From: Vermamoeba vermiformis
Lineage: Eukaryota
Length of the DNA: 64,000 nucleotides
Direction of reading: 5' to 3'
Assembly: GCA_045837725.1 (NCBI GenBank)
Contig: JBEWZL010000163.1
Span: 1 to 64,000 of the forward strand
Shown one piece after another: positions 63,466 through 64,000 of this stretch. Made by a program: the position numbers and the translations under genes. Under the pieces are notes generated by a model, which worked only from the letters and a program-made list of their open reading frames with translations, was not told the origin of the DNA and searched no databases. Position 1 is the stretch's first letter, and every line of letters begins with the position of its first letter.

Positions 63466-64000
63466 TGCCTAAAGTAACGATTGAATTTAACGGCAAGAGG
63501 TAAGCATTCCTTCCTTTTAGTTACTCCCGAGTGCTAACGACTGGATGGTTGTACAGCTACGAGCTCGAAGTTGACTTTGAAGATTGTTTGGAAATATTTA
63601 AATATCAAGTAGAATCTGTCACTAATGTCGAGGCAGCCAGTCAATATTATGACACGATTGATCCTCTCGAGGTAAAATTTCCACAACGAAGTTGACAAAA
63701 AATTATTCTTGAGCGCAAAAAATTCTAATTATAAGAATAAATCCTATTATTGAATTTTGCATCGTGTTCGTTAATTTTAAAAATGTCTTTAGAATCCGGC
63801 AGCGCTAATGAAGTACTTGGTGGAAGAGGTACGTTGCACCTGTTGCTGTCATTTAATAATAATTCAACGATTATTAATTAATATAAGGGCGCTGTATTAA
63901 AACTAAGTAACACTCCCGTGCCTTTCGAGCGAAACCTTCCTCCCATCCAAGGCCCTCCACCCAGTCAAGATCAAATTCAAGGTACACAACGTCTTTAATT
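63466..64000 (+). CDS. Protein with N-terminal ubiquitin-like domain (partial)
   Basis: Spliced MPKVTIEFNGKSYELEVD...FKYQVESVTNV...Q; runs off the window. Confidence 0.55.

Overview
AT-rich eukaryotic (protist-like) genomic DNA with short (~45-60 nt) GT-AG introns, in four compartments. (1) 1-~11.2 kb looks like mobile-element sequence: a tyrosine recombinase fused to a C-terminal chromodomain, hairpin and CCCTAA-rich sequence, a ~3.5 kb intron-dense but ORF-less hairpin-rich tract, three palindromic repeat arrays and two more chromodomain exons. (2) ~13.9-38.5 kb is a compact, visibly CpG-poor island of ~16 genes, mostly tailoring enzymes: DHCR24-like sterol reductase, Lgt-like transferase, cytochrome P450, two GT7, tandem GNAT, ABCB exporter, two ODC/DAP-decarboxylase-like genes, PhyH dioxygenase, GT2, UGT and pyruvyltransferase. 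Many share a 40-100 bp upstream element, so this is a candidate mobile biosynthetic cluster. (3) ~39-44 kb holds decayed host-gene fragments (C2H2 zinc finger, GPN1, pyrophosphatase) and duplications. (4) 44-64 kb holds CpG-normal host genes (GT49, eRF3, alpha/beta hydrolase, Lunapark, others), interrupted by a spliced gene fusing a ubiquitin-specific protease to a piggyBac-like transposase. Gene models were spliced by eye, so some boundaries are approximate and no database searches were run.
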